Part shown: positions 19,780-30,805 of the stretch, piece by piece
Position numbering within the stretch: the stretch's first letter is position 1
Layout of the letters: every line of letters starts with the position of its first letter
Virus record (IMG/VR): IMGVR_UViG_2859564202_000001
Direction: 5' to 3' (one strand)
DNA: 64,000 nucleotides
From: a virus
Lineage: Duplodnaviria > Caudoviricetes
Program-made: the position numbers and the translations under genes
Notes under the pieces: model-generated
What the model was told of the DNA's origin: nothing
Database searches by the model: none
What the model saw: only the letters and a program-made list of their open reading frames with translations

Positions 19780-19818
19780 ACAACGACAGCGCAGTTGCCT
19801 TCGAGATAGTGGCTGAAC
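19780..19818 (+). promoter_or_regulatory. Hairpin motif copy 2 (degenerate)
   Basis: ACAACGACAGC-GCA-GTTGCCTTCGAG...GAAC. Confidence 0.55.
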
Positions 19819-19850
19819 ACTACTGTGTACATCATCATGAAGGTCATGCA

Positions 19851-20441
19851 ATGTCTGAATACTTACCACTCGCGCAACACGTGCTCTCCCAGCGCACGCA
19901 GCCGTGGCCAGAAGGGTCTTTTCATGTGCCACTGACAGGACACAGATCACAGTCTTTGCCCGGTGGCTACGACAGCCATCCGTTTCAACATGGACTCTAC
20001 CAACGCTAATACGGCATCATGGAGCGAGGCCTTAGCAAGCACAACCGCTTTGTGCTGCACTCGCATGGCACTGGGCGCCGACACAGTGTCGGTGCAGATG
20101 CGGTGTGGGCGTACGTCATTACAGCGTTGAAGCAAGCTTATCTGGGTCGGTTCTCTTTTGTTGCTGAGGCACTACTGTTAACACAGCCAAACCAGTGGCC
20201 GGCTCACGCGCAACAACAATGGCAGCAACTGGTACTACAAGCCGATCATGCCAATCTCTACAGCGAGATTTATCATCCCAGCGTGCTCATGAAGCGCAAC
20301 ACCGGCATAATTGCTGCTGCTGATCTCGTGCTTGCTGTGATTAACAAGAATGCCACCACCGGTGGCACGGCACACACTGTTCGGGAAGCAGAAACCATGA
20401 GAAAGCAGGTCTTTAGGATTCACCCAGCAGGTCTGGTCTAA
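19851..20441 (+). pseudogene. YspA-like SLOG protein with in-frame stop at 20007-20009
   Basis: LTGHRSQSLPGGYD before the stop; GADAVWA, KRN and GGTAHTVREA after it, in the same frame. Confidence 0.7.
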
Positions 20442-20515
20442 AAGATAGTCAACACTCGCGCACACCCCAAGAGGATTTCCTCTTGGGGTATGTAGCTCTT
20501 TAACTCCACCGAATT

Positions 20516-20638
20516 CTATTTTTCCAACTTGTCGCTCTTACGTTTTTGCACCACTTTCACCAAAATTACAATGAGGCCGATCGAAATCAATAGCGCAACA
20601 GTAAAAAATAAAAGTGCAAAAAATAAAATAAACTCCAA
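20516..20638 (-). CDS. 40-aa single-pass membrane peptide (not in ORF track)
   Basis: AAGGAGG RBS, TTG start, MEFILFFALLFFTVALLISIGLIVILVKVVQKRKSDKLEK. Confidence 0.7.
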   Translation of the reverse strand: MEFILFFALLFFTVALLISIGLIVILVKVVQKRKSDKLEK

Positions 20639-20688
20639 CGAAACCTCCTTCCAACAATAAATCCGAGCAACTCAAAAAATTTCACACA

Positions 20689-21426
20689 TTAGTTTGCGCT
20701 AAAATGAGCGCCATTGGTATCGACATCAACCTGTATCCAGGCCATATTTTGTATAGGGAATCCCTGGAATAATAATGACAAAAGAGCACTCATGCGTACA
20801 TTTCGATCACTAGTCTGCTCAAATGTTGGTGTTTCAAAACTCATTCCGATCCCAGTAACTGACGGATTGTAAAACTTCTGAATTTTCGCATCTTGTACTG
20901 TGTAATAGTAGTCAAAACGAAATGACATCGTAGCCAAAATAATAGTCTTTTGTGCCAAGCAATTAGTGTTAAAACGATGCCCTTGAGCAAAGAATTCCTC
21001 ACAATCCCGAATAGAGCCAGGAACAATCGACCTCGGCTGGATCAGAGAATTATTTGCATCAATCGGGACTTGAAGTGTAGAAACTACGACTGACCCATCA
21101 GCAAAACGCTCAATAGTACCTTTCCCCTGTTCATTTTCAAAGTCCTCAATGTCCACCGGATGTTTTTGTGGGTCGATTGAATCCCACAGTTCACCCTGTT
21201 CGAGTTTTCCTATTAATCTATTAACTTGCTCTTCAGGGACGTTGTATGACCGAAGGCCATCACGAACTTCATCAATTTGCTCAGCCGTGTAATCAATAGT
21301 TAATTGATCGGTAATGTGTATTGGATCGACACCCTCTATTGCCTCAGAAGGCGAGGCAAAAGTCAGTGTGGAAATTAAGACGCTCAATGCAATTACCGTA
21401 GTAGACGCTCTTATTGAAGTAAGCAC
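20689..21426 (-). CDS. Secreted protein
   Basis: Signal peptide (SEA-IE); low GC; C-terminal domain with a Cys pair. Confidence 0.8.
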   Translation of the reverse strand: MLTSIRASTTVIALSVLISTLTFASPSEAIEGVDPIHITDQLTIDYTAEQIDEVRDGLRSYNVPEEQVNRLIGKLEQGELWDSIDPQKHPVDIEDFENEQGKGTIERFADGSVVVSTLQVPIDANNSLIQPRSIVPGSIRDCEEFFAQGHRFNTNCLAQKTIILATMSFRFDYYYTVQDAKIQKFYNPSVTGIGMSFETPTFEQTSDRNVRMSALLSLLFQGFPIQNMAWIQVDVDTNGAHFSAN

Positions 21427-21668
21427 TTTAAAAATTATCCTCTTCTAGTAGTTCTTCAAATGCCAGATAAAAGCATAGTTTTGAACTATAACACGAATGT
21501 ATTACCAGTAAATGGCCTTTCTCATTTCGCCACCCCCTCTGTGAAACAAAGCCATCACAGCTTTTCTTTGCAAAATGAATATAACAATTATAAACAGGGC
21601 TTAAATACTCATCTTAGGATTCTGCATATAAGAGCCCCGACATACACTGGCTACACCCTCAAGTATGT

Positions 21669-21693
21669 AAACGACAACACACCTGCATTCGGG
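21669..21693 (+). promoter_or_regulatory. Hairpin motif copy 3 (degenerate)
   Basis: AACGACAAC-ACA-CCTGCATTCGG followed by GACATGCTCGA, a tail shared with copy 4. Confidence 0.5.
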
Positions 21694-21718
21694 GACATGC
21701 TCGATAAGTAGGCTACGT

Positions 21719-22170
21719 CTGCCTGCTACCGCTACCGTTCTTGCTGTTATCTCCGATTTCTGAGGTCAGTACGCGCTCCTGTCTAACTTCTACCACCCAG
21801 CCCAACCAATCGTTTTTCAAGGGTTCACCGAAGCAACTGTTGAGCACCTCATGCAGGTCATTGAGACGCTTGATCCCGATCAGCGCGCAGCGGTGCTCGC
21901 TGCAGCGATACCGCGCGAGGCTAAGATCCTGGGGCGAAAAGTAACTCTTCGCCCTGGTTGGGGCAATATGCGCGTACACGTCGTGATTGCAGTTATCTTT
22001 ATCAAGTTTTTGCAACCGGATCTTCGCCAGGCGCTGCTAACAACAGGTGATGCCGTACTTGTCGAAGATGATACCTGAGGCGCCTTCTGGGGCGTCGATT
22101 CGCGCACCAGAAAAGGCGACAAACACCTCGATAAAGCACTCATGACTGTCTGTGAAATTCTGCACAACGT
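21719..22170 (+). pseudogene. NADAR (YbiA-like) family pseudogene
   Basis: One frame reads ISDF*GQYALLSNFY...TVEHLMQ...REAKILGRKV...KFLQPDLRQALLTTGDAVLVEDDT*GAFWGV...HLDKALM, with TGA at 21761 and 22076. Confidence 0.8.
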
Positions 22171-22216
22171 ACATAATCCAAAGGACTTCCCCCTGAGGTT
22201 TCTTTTTCTCCCAAGG

Positions 22217-22241
22217 ACAACGACAGCACAGCTGCGTTCGG
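22217..22241 (+). promoter_or_regulatory. Hairpin motif copy 4
   Basis: ACAACGACAGC-ACA-GCTGCGTTCGG. Confidence 0.7.
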
Positions 22242-22292
22242 AGACATGCTCGACCAACCACCCACCCGCATCCTCAAAGGAGACTGCACATC

Positions 22293-23274
<982 letters not shown>

Positions 23275-23298
23275 TCAATCCCTTAAAAGGAGATCATC

Positions 23299-23430
23299 AT
23301 GAACTGCCCAAACTGCTCCGAAGACATGACTGTCGTTGATGTTGTTGGTCGTGGTGCCAGCCGAGGTCTGTTGCTTATTGACCCCACCACTCACGTCTGC
23401 AGCGACTGCGGATATATCGAAGTACTGTAA
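23299..23430 (+). CDS. 43-aa zinc-ribbon microprotein (not in ORF track)
   Basis: AAGGAG RBS; MNCPNC...HVCSDCGYIEVL. Confidence 0.75.
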   Translation: MNCPNCSEDMTVVDVVGRGASRGLLLIDPTTHVCSDCGYIEVL

Positions 23431-23541
23431 ATCAGCACACTCTCACATACCTTTACACCACCCCATACCCTTTAACCCCTGCACTGCTCATCCACAAGCA
23501 CTGTGCAGGGGTTGTGTTTTCTAACAAGAAAAGAGACCACC

Positions 23542-23979
23542 ATGTTCACAGCTTTTAAAAGCAATCCTACGACCATTAAAAAGCTGGTTTCTGAGCTCAT
23601 TAATGGCGACGATGCAGCGCTCAACGAACTAGAGCGACACGTCACTAATGAATCAGTCCGTGCTCGCGAACTCCCTAATGTCCAGTACAAAGCCACTGCG
23701 GGGCGCAACTTCGCCATATCCAAGCTGGTCCAAAATTTGCGTCGCATCAACAAGGCACAAAACAATCCACGTGGTGTGCCCACTCATGCCACCGTGATTC
23801 TGCTTAAGGAAGACGGCAGCTACGACGGTGAAGAACAGTGGCGCATTCCAGAAAAGGCGATCACTCCGTTCGACATGCTACGTTCGCCTGACTTCAACCA
23901 CAACAGGCTGAAGAACCGGCCGCTCATGGTCGAGTCCCAATACCCCTGGGGCGTCCCCGGACTCATTAAAATGAACTGA
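23542..23979 (+). CDS. Hypothetical protein, paralog of 24163-24768
   Basis: Shared EEQWRIPE...SPD...QYPWG. Confidence 0.75.
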   Translation: MFTAFKSNPTTIKKLVSELINGDDAALNELERHVTNESVRARELPNVQYKATAGRNFAISKLVQNLRRINKAQNNPRGVPTHATVILLKEDGSYDGEEQWRIPEKAITPFDMLRSPDFNHNRLKNRPLMVESQYPWGVPGLIKMN

Positions 23980-24162
23980 TCAATCCCTGACACAGCCATT
24001 GATTCCGAGGATATGAAAGACCCCCGGACTACCGCGAAATTAACACCGGTGTCGGTACCGGCAACTGCATCATTGTCGTTCCTGAACAAGCGCCGTGGTT
24101 TAAGCCAGCCATCATCAAACAGGCTTAAAAATACTCAATCGTCCCATTCAAGAAAAGAGCAC

Positions 24163-24768
24163 ATGACCATGTACAACGCCGCAAAGACCCTTGTTCCCCA
24201 GATTGTTGCTTTCGATGACACAGCAATCATCGCACTCGACCAAGCCGCGGAAGATGAATTCCGCAAGGCTAACTACCCCGAGGTTAAAGCCAACCAAGAA
24301 GCTGCCTATATCCTGGCGGAAGCTGCCCAAAACATTCAACGCATTGCAACAGCTCGTGCCACAGGCGATGTCCCAGCGACTGCTCGCGTGGTGCGCATTA
24401 AGGGCTCTGAGAAATACTACACCGAGGAGCAGTGGCGCATTCCAGAGAACGCCTACTACCCTCGCAGTATGGCTGAATCTCCTGATGCTCACCTTGATGA
24501 CCGTGGCATCTATATCATCCCAGCTCAATATCCTTGGGGATACGAGGAAATCATTAACCTACCGGCACGCGCTACCTCTACACCTGCTGTTGCTCCTCGC
24601 ACTGAGGCTGCTCCAGCTACAGTATCTGATGCTGAGGTCCAGAGCCTGCTTGAGTACTTGCGTACTAATGCTTTCGTAAGTCGTCACGACGGCGACACCA
24701 CGAAGGCCGACATCTTCAACAAGCACGCGGATACTGTCAACAAGCTTGCAGCACTACGTGCACCCTAA
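24163..24768 (+). CDS. Hypothetical protein, paralog of 23542-23979
   Basis: Shared motif and the same AAGAAAAGAG leader. Confidence 0.75.
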   Translation: MTMYNAAKTLVPQIVAFDDTAIIALDQAAEDEFRKANYPEVKANQEAAYILAEAAQNIQRIATARATGDVPATARVVRIKGSEKYYTEEQWRIPENAYYPRSMAESPDAHLDDRGIYIIPAQYPWGYEEIINLPARATSTPAVAPRTEAAPATVSDAEVQSLLEYLRTNAFVSRHDGDTTKADIFNKHADTVNKLAALRAP

Positions 24769-24820
24769 ACCCACACCGCATAACCCCCCTGCATAGGCTG
24801 ATGTCCAGCCTGTGCGGGGG

Positions 24821-25246
24821 TTATTTTTTCAACTGAATCATCGGTATCTTGCCATTGTTAGCAATGGCTGCCACTACACCTAAGGTTGCAACCGCAACAG
24901 TCCCGATGAGCTCTGCTTTGTTTTTCGCTAACTTCTGCAACAAACCCTTGTTGTCTTTATCGTGCTCACGAGCGTACTCATCTATCCGCGCCATATTCTC
25001 CCGAGCTTCTTTCCTAGTTTCTTCAGATTGATTCGGATCGAGCGCAATTTTTGCCCACATCTCTCGACTGGCTTTAATATCCGCCAAATAAGCATCAGAG
25101 CCATGCTCGTTACTTTTAATGACTTGCTCATTAGTTTCGTCCATGGACCCTGTAGCCTGCGACGTTAAATTAGCCAGATTTGCTGCCACCTGCGCTGCTG
25201 CGGCGTTCTCGTTTGGTGTACCGGAATTCTTCGGCGAAATGCTCAT
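24821..25246 (-). CDS. Hypothetical protein with C-terminal hydrophobic helix
   Basis: AAGGAG RBS; shares a bidirectional hairpin at about 24781-24822. Confidence 0.75.
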   Translation of the reverse strand: MSISPKNSGTPNENAAAAQVAANLANLTSQATGSMDETNEQVIKSNEHGSDAYLADIKASREMWAKIALDPNQSEETRKEARENMARIDEYAREHDKDNKGLLQKLAKNKAELIGTVAVATLGVVAAIANNGKIPMIQLKK

Positions 25247-25557
25247 TACATACTCCTTAGCCTCGTAACTGTATTACCTCAAGTGTATCCGGTGGACACG
25301 ACGCAGTAGTAAAAAATTTAGACCACCCTTGCGAATAAAAACTAATAAATACTGTTCACTATATTTTCGATAATTTATTAAAACTATTCACCCAAAAGTT
25401 TTTGTATCAAAATACACATATTTTAATGACTTTAGCTATACTTCTATCTTGTGACTTAAATGAAAGTCACAAACTTTGTTGGGGTTTCTTTAAAGTAAAA
25501 TACAGAAGTTTCTCTGGCAAAAAACCTCACTACTTTCTACAGAAAGGCGTCTTCCTC

Positions 25558-26091
25558 ATGAAGGCTTCTCAGACCCTCACCCGCAACACTCGTGCACGCA
25601 AGCTCGGCATGGGTATTCTCGCAGCAACTATTATGGCTACCGGTGCACTTGCTGGCACTGCTCCACAGGCGACAGCAGCAGTAGATACCACTGCGCCATA
25701 CGTGTCCTATGTCGTTGACATTCCTGGCAAGGTTGGTGAACCAATCAAGCCTCAGTACCTCACCATCTCCGATCAGTCCGCCTACACCGTGACCTTCAAG
25801 TACATGCCATCCTGGTTGAAGTACGACGCAAACAAGAAGATGCTGTACGGTACCCCAACCGAGGTTGATGTCTGGACTCCTGAGGTACATGTTGTTGATG
25901 CTCATGGCAACAAGACTGTCCGTTACTTCACCGTTGTAGCAGTCCCAGCAAACACTGCACCAACCACCACCACGCCATCTACTCCAAAGCCATCTACCCC
26001 GCAGGTGACCACCCCAACTACTCCGAAGGCGCCTACCTTGCCAAAGTCCACCTTCGACTGGACCTTGTGGGGCTCCATCTTTGGTTTCTAG
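25558..26091 (+). CDS. Secreted protein with Ig-like domain and Pro/Thr linker
   Basis: Signal peptide; MPSWLKYD...LYGTPT is a He_PIG-like motif. Confidence 0.75.
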   Translation: MKASQTLTRNTRARKLGMGILAATIMATGALAGTAPQATAAVDTTAPYVSYVVDIPGKVGEPIKPQYLTISDQSAYTVTFKYMPSWLKYDANKKMLYGTPTEVDVWTPEVHVVDAHGNKTVRYFTVVAVPANTAPTTTTPSTPKPSTPQVTTPTTPKAPTLPKSTFDWTLWGSIFGF

Positions 26092-26196
26092 TTCTCACTA
26101 GCACCTCAAAAAGCACCACCTTTTAAACAACCCTTGTACTGCACCTTGGTGCACTGCAGGGGTTGTTTTCTATGTGCCAACGAGTTCTTAAGAAAC

Positions 26197-26235
26197 ACAA
26201 CGACAGCAAAGCTGCGTTCGGGAGCATGTGTGAAC
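26197..26235 (+). promoter_or_regulatory. Hairpin motif copy 6
   Basis: ACAACGACAGC-AAA-GCTGCGTTCGG...GAAC. Confidence 0.7.
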
Positions 26236-26298
26236 CCTCGCTGTGCCCGCACTTGCCTGCATACAGCTCACTCAACAACACAGAAAGAACCTTTTACC

Positions 26299-26565
26299 AT
26301 GCTCAATGCACTCAACGCTGTCCTTGATGTTGTCGAATCTGCTCAAGGGCTGGTCTTTGTCGTCATCACTGCTAGCCTGCTCACTCTTGCTGTCATCTAC
26401 ATCAAGAACTATCCCCACGCGCCACAGCCTGCTACCCAACACACCACTGACCAACCAACTGTGCCAGAGCCGCTGCAGATTCTTGACAACCCTGCTCAGA
26501 CAACTGCTGCTGGTCTACGCCATGACCTTCATAGCGATCTCTACGCCGAAGAAAAGAGCGCATAA
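26299..26565 (+). CDS. Small membrane protein
   Basis: One hydrophobic segment; AGAAAGA leader. Confidence 0.65.
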   Translation: MLNALNAVLDVVESAQGLVFVVITASLLTLAVIYIKNYPHAPQPATQHTTDQPTVPEPLQILDNPAQTTAAGLRHDLHSDLYAEEKSA

Positions 26566-26687
26566 TCTGTGTCTCGATGTTGCCTGGGATGCTGATGAAA
26601 ACCTCCCTGTTGTCGTTGAAGTCAATCCTGTAGCGATGCCTGGGTGTTGCGCCTCGGGCGCAGCTGGGTGCTAACTTAGCACCGCAT

Positions 26688-26710
26688 CAACGCAGCGAAG
26701 CCGCGTTCGG
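26688..26710 (+). promoter_or_regulatory. Hairpin motif copy 7
   Basis: CAACG-CAGC-GAA-GCCG-CGTTCGG. Confidence 0.6.
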
Positions 26711-26802
26711 GTAAACCCGTGACAATCGCACGGGGCTTGTTTACCTGACACTCAAGCCCCGTGCACCACAACAACCCACCTTAAAGAAAGGTTTTTCCAC
26801 CC

Positions 26803-27270
26803 ATGTCCGAATTCCCTACACCTACGACTTTTCACGTCGAACCAGAAACGCTTAGCTCCGCCACCGATCTCACTGTTGATGCACATAAAATCGCAGAACT
26901 GCTGCTCAGCACCACTGATTACCGTGTGTTCTACATGCCGCGTCTCGCCGGTGTGACTCCTATCGTGTCCTACCTCTATGTCTACGATGGTGAAAACTTC
27001 CTCATTGTTGGTCGCTCCACTCATGTGCCGTGGGAGTACTACGTTCACTACCCCATCAAGCCATCACGTGAATTTGGCTCTGCTATTGCTGTGCCTCTCG
27101 ATGATTCTGATGACCCTTATGATGCAGCAGAAGTTGTTGCTCTAGTAAAGCAGTACATGACGCCCACGCTCACTCCTGGTGAGGGTTATATGCAGGGCTT
27201 TTACAAGGGTCTCACCTTCACCAACCACCTCGATATACATCGACCACTGACCCAGATTATCTCAGACTAA
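26803..27270 (+). CDS. Hypothetical protein
   Basis: GAAAGG RBS; 155 aa. Confidence 0.75.
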   Translation: MSEFPTPTTFHVEPETLSSATDLTVDAHKIAELLLSTTDYRVFYMPRLAGVTPIVSYLYVYDGENFLIVGRSTHVPWEYYVHYPIKPSREFGSAIAVPLDDSDDPYDAAEVVALVKQYMTPTLTPGEGYMQGFYKGLTFTNHLDIHRPLTQIISD

Positions 27271-27656
27271 CAGCTATATTCACCCACCTACTTCATCTTG
27301 TGCCTGAGCAACAACCCTGCTTATGCACTCGCTGTCCCTGCTGACACACTCGCTGTTAATCCCAACAGCACACTGCCAGCACAACTTGCCATCGTTGAAC
27401 ACACCACCTTAGGTGCTGTTGTTGCAGTACACACACCAGACGCCCGTACCGGACATCACCTCTATATCCGATCCAGCGTCACTGCTGAATCAGAGGTCCA
27501 CACCGGCACGGCAACACCTGTTGAACTGGTCTTTTAAAACTACTTCACTTTTTCGCTTCGTTTTACCCACACCAGCACGTCACCCTCTTGCATCACGCCG
27601 AGAGGGTGACGTGCTTTTTTCCTACTTTTCCTCATAACTACAGAAGGGACGCCCTC

Positions 27657-28271
27657 ATGTCTGCTTTTGATGAACTCCGCAAGAACTACCGCTACAAGTT
27701 CACTGACACCTGGCCGGCCAACGCTGTTACCGGCACCGGCTACTACGCCAACCCAGCTTTTATCATCATCTCCGCTGATGCCATGACGCAGAACACCCAT
27801 GCCGATTCCAATCTCATCACGGTTAAAGAGCACCTTAACACCCTGTTTCCGTACAGCGTACAACGCAAGGATCGTGCCTTTGTCTCTGAGATCTACACCC
27901 CTATTAACCTGCTCGAAGATAATCCAGAACTAGCTCAAGAAATACTCGATGTGCTCGACACCCTGAGCAACAACGCTGTTTTTAACGATGCGCACTACAG
28001 CGAGCTTGAACTAGAGCGCCTCAATGAATATGTCATCGACACCTTGGCCTATGACATGAAGTCCGACATGATGCGCGCCCTCGTTAAGGCCCGACCAGAG
28101 GCCGATCTTGAGGCGATGGAAGAACTCGACATTGCCAATATCCAGAGCTGGATTAATCTCCACTCCTCCACTGTGAGCGAACACAACGATGGCAGCGTTG
28201 ATGATGCACCGTTTAATTCTCTCGCATTAGCTGAGATTTATTTGCAACAGCTTGCAGACCACACTGTCTAA
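27657..28271 (+). CDS. Hypothetical protein
   Basis: GAAGGGA RBS before MSAFDEL. Confidence 0.75.
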   Translation: MSAFDELRKNYRYKFTDTWPANAVTGTGYYANPAFIIISADAMTQNTHADSNLITVKEHLNTLFPYSVQRKDRAFVSEIYTPINLLEDNPELAQEILDVLDTLSNNAVFNDAHYSELELERLNEYVIDTLAYDMKSDMMRALVKARPEADLEAMEELDIANIQSWINLHSSTVSEHNDGSVDDAPFNSLALAEIYLQQLADHTV

Positions 28272-28443
28272 GCACGCTGTGTAACTACCACTGATTTTCA
28301 TCCTCCGCTAGAGGACACCTCTGAGCACGACCGCCATATCGCGTTCATTGTTGATGGTATTTATGACTCAACCAGGCGCCCCTACGTCATGACGTTTGCG
28401 CCCGATCAACTCCACGACATCTGACACAGAAAGAAGATTCACC

Positions 28444-29358
28444 ATGTCTAAGAACAACGCAGCTCACCCGCAGTCTGTCTTCCATATTCATATCCCAGCA
28501 CATACCACTATGCACTCTGACCGCTTTGAGCACCCAGACAACGGCTATGGCTACACCATTCGTCAGGACACTGATGCAGAGAACCCGATGACCCATCACG
28601 ATACGAAAGATGCAGCTCTCTGGGTTCACAACCGACCACGACGCGGAGATACCGTCGCCGATAAGCCAGAAGGCAATGAGATTCTCGACATCTTTGCCAA
28701 GTTCATCTGCGGCCAGCACGATAATGATGACAACCCGTTCGAAGTCTGGTCCGACGGTGACTCGGATGCATCACTCATCCGCACCAAGGCGTATGTTGCC
28801 GAGCACCACCCCGAACTTATATTCGACATCTCTGCGAAAACCATCACGGGTTATTCCCAAGGCGATTGGCTCGATGTGGTCTGTGTTACTACTGCCGCCA
28901 CTTGCGACGAACTTATCCCTGCTGACAGTCTTATTGACATCTACCGCCAGTGGGCTTTTGGTGATGTGTGGACAGTGATTCCTGATTCTCAGCCAGGTCT
29001 CGCAGGTATTTATGCTGACGATCCAGCTGACGCCCTTGCGTACTATCAAGAGAATTTCGAAGATGAACCCATCTGGGATCTCTTAAGCCGCCACGACGCT
29101 GACAAAGACGCCGCAGCACTGGCAGCTGCCTCTGCTGCAGAAAACCACGCACTAGCGCGAGGTACTACCCCAGTCGTTATCCGTACCCAAGACATCATCA
29201 CTAACGCGCGATACCTCATGTCTGATAGTGCTGATGACAATCCAGAATACGATCGCGCCTTGGTCGAACTTAGTGCTTATCTCTTAAGTATCGACCTCGA
29301 TGATCGCGTTGCTGCAGAGATGACCATTTTAGGTCGCCCTGTGCCTAAAGAAGGATAA
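28444..29358 (+). CDS. Hypothetical acidic protein
   Basis: Long ORF containing a GYSQGDW motif. Confidence 0.75.
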   Translation: MSKNNAAHPQSVFHIHIPAHTTMHSDRFEHPDNGYGYTIRQDTDAENPMTHHDTKDAALWVHNRPRRGDTVADKPEGNEILDIFAKFICGQHDNDDNPFEVWSDGDSDASLIRTKAYVAEHHPELIFDISAKTITGYSQGDWLDVVCVTTAATCDELIPADSLIDIYRQWAFGDVWTVIPDSQPGLAGIYADDPADALAYYQENFEDEPIWDLLSRHDADKDAAALAAASAAENHALARGTTPVVIRTQDIITNARYLMSDSADDNPEYDRALVELSAYLLSIDLDDRVAAEMTILGRPVPKEG

Positions 29359-29585
29359 CCACCACACCAGAAAAGAAGTACCTCATTATGGCTCGAACCA
29401 CACCTCCACCAGCTGATGTACTCGACATCATCATTTACCACCGTGAAGCAGACCATCGGCATTGATCTTGCTGAACTGATTCAGGGCCGTGCACTCGGCC
29501 AGGCTCAAGGTGAGGCACAAGGCAAAGCTAGTGCAGCAGCCCTTGAGCAGGCACCTCATAATGAGCAGTAAATAACACACACCAC

Positions 29586-30068
29586 ATGTGCACAGATACA
29601 GTTAGTCGCATGTACGCATTCTATATTCTCGACACCATGCTTAATCGTTCGATCAAACAGATTGAGCAATGCCTGGATCGACAAGACACCACCATCAGCC
29701 ACATCATCGCCGATAGCGTGCACGACAAGCTACATGAATATGCAACAACTAATCCACCCTGTGACAGCGACAAACAAGCACTTCTCGGTCATGTCGAGCT
29801 TGAGATAGCTAGTTTACAGATCATCATCACGAGCATCCATCCTGCAGAGGGCACAGATATGGTGGTGTGCGGCACAGTCTCAGCATCCGCATCAACATGG
29901 TTTTATACCGTTGATGAGGTCTTTACCCAAGGCTGGCGCAGTCACTTTGGGTCAGTGCTTGTCGAAGGCAGCTTCGCACTGTTGATAGACCCTGACACCT
30001 TTGACGTGCACAATCTTGATCTTGTCGGTCAACAACACGTGCACTGGGTGCCAGCTCGACAGCCGTAA
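29586..30068 (+). CDS. Hypothetical protein
   Basis: 160-aa ORF in the + strand run. Confidence 0.55.
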   Translation: MCTDTVSRMYAFYILDTMLNRSIKQIEQCLDRQDTTISHIIADSVHDKLHEYATTNPPCDSDKQALLGHVELEIASLQIIITSIHPAEGTDMVVCGTVSASASTWFYTVDEVFTQGWRSHFGSVLVEGSFALLIDPDTFDVHNLDLVGQQHVHWVPARQP

Positions 30069-30215
30069 AGAAGTTGTAGGTCTTTTTCGCTTGGGATACT
30101 GATGCTCTCCCAAGCGAACATGGGCGGGAGCCCATGTCGGGGTGTTGTGCGAATGGCTGTGTGTCAACTACCTCAGCCTGAGAAAACAACACTTATAAAG
30201 AAAGACCTTTTACTC

Positions 30216-30785
30216 ATGACTTCTACAACTAACTCCACCGCCATGTTCAACGACCACCTTATCCCTATGGCAGAGCTTGATGAACAAGCTCTGCGCGACA
30301 GCGTTGGTTCTTGGGCACAGTACAAGCACCCGCTTGACCAGCGCAAAGAACCAGAGCTCGTCCTTATTCGTCGCGTCAACAGCTCAGAGCGTGTGTGGGT
30401 CTTAAGTTTCACTGACCTGCGTGCTGATGCAGGTCTTGTGCCTCGTAGCACACCGAATGCTGACCCCTCCAATATCCGCAATACCATTTTCTCTGTCGCT
30501 GTCCGCGATCTTGTCCTTGATCGCTCACTTCCCCGGCTGCTTAACCTCAACGGGCAACCACCAGCAGGTGAATGGGAAGAAGGCTTTGTCTACGTCGATT
30601 ATGACCAGAGCGACACCGTAGATGGCTACCTCATTGAGCACAGCGAACCTGTCTCCATTGAAAGTCAAACCACCGGTGAAATGCACTATTTCGATAAGGT
30701 GCCAGGCGGTGTGGCTGTTACCAACAATCCCGATGGCACTGAACAAGGTGATGCACGCCGCTGGGTAAGCCACTGGGAATCATAA
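30216..30785 (+). CDS. Hypothetical protein
   Basis: AAGAAAGA leader before MTSTTN. Confidence 0.7.
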   Translation: MTSTTNSTAMFNDHLIPMAELDEQALRDSVGSWAQYKHPLDQRKEPELVLIRRVNSSERVWVLSFTDLRADAGLVPRSTPNADPSNIRNTIFSVAVRDLVLDRSLPRLLNLNGQPPAGEWEEGFVYVDYDQSDTVDGYLIEHSEPVSIESQTTGEMHYFDKVPGGVAVTNNPDGTEQGDARRWVSHWES

Positions 30786-30805
30786 AAAAGAAAGTAGCAC
30801 TAGCT

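Noticed and set aside
22097-22109. tRNA 3'-end/att-like GATTCGCGCACCA
   Set aside because: No cloverleaf; it lies inside the NADAR coding frame.
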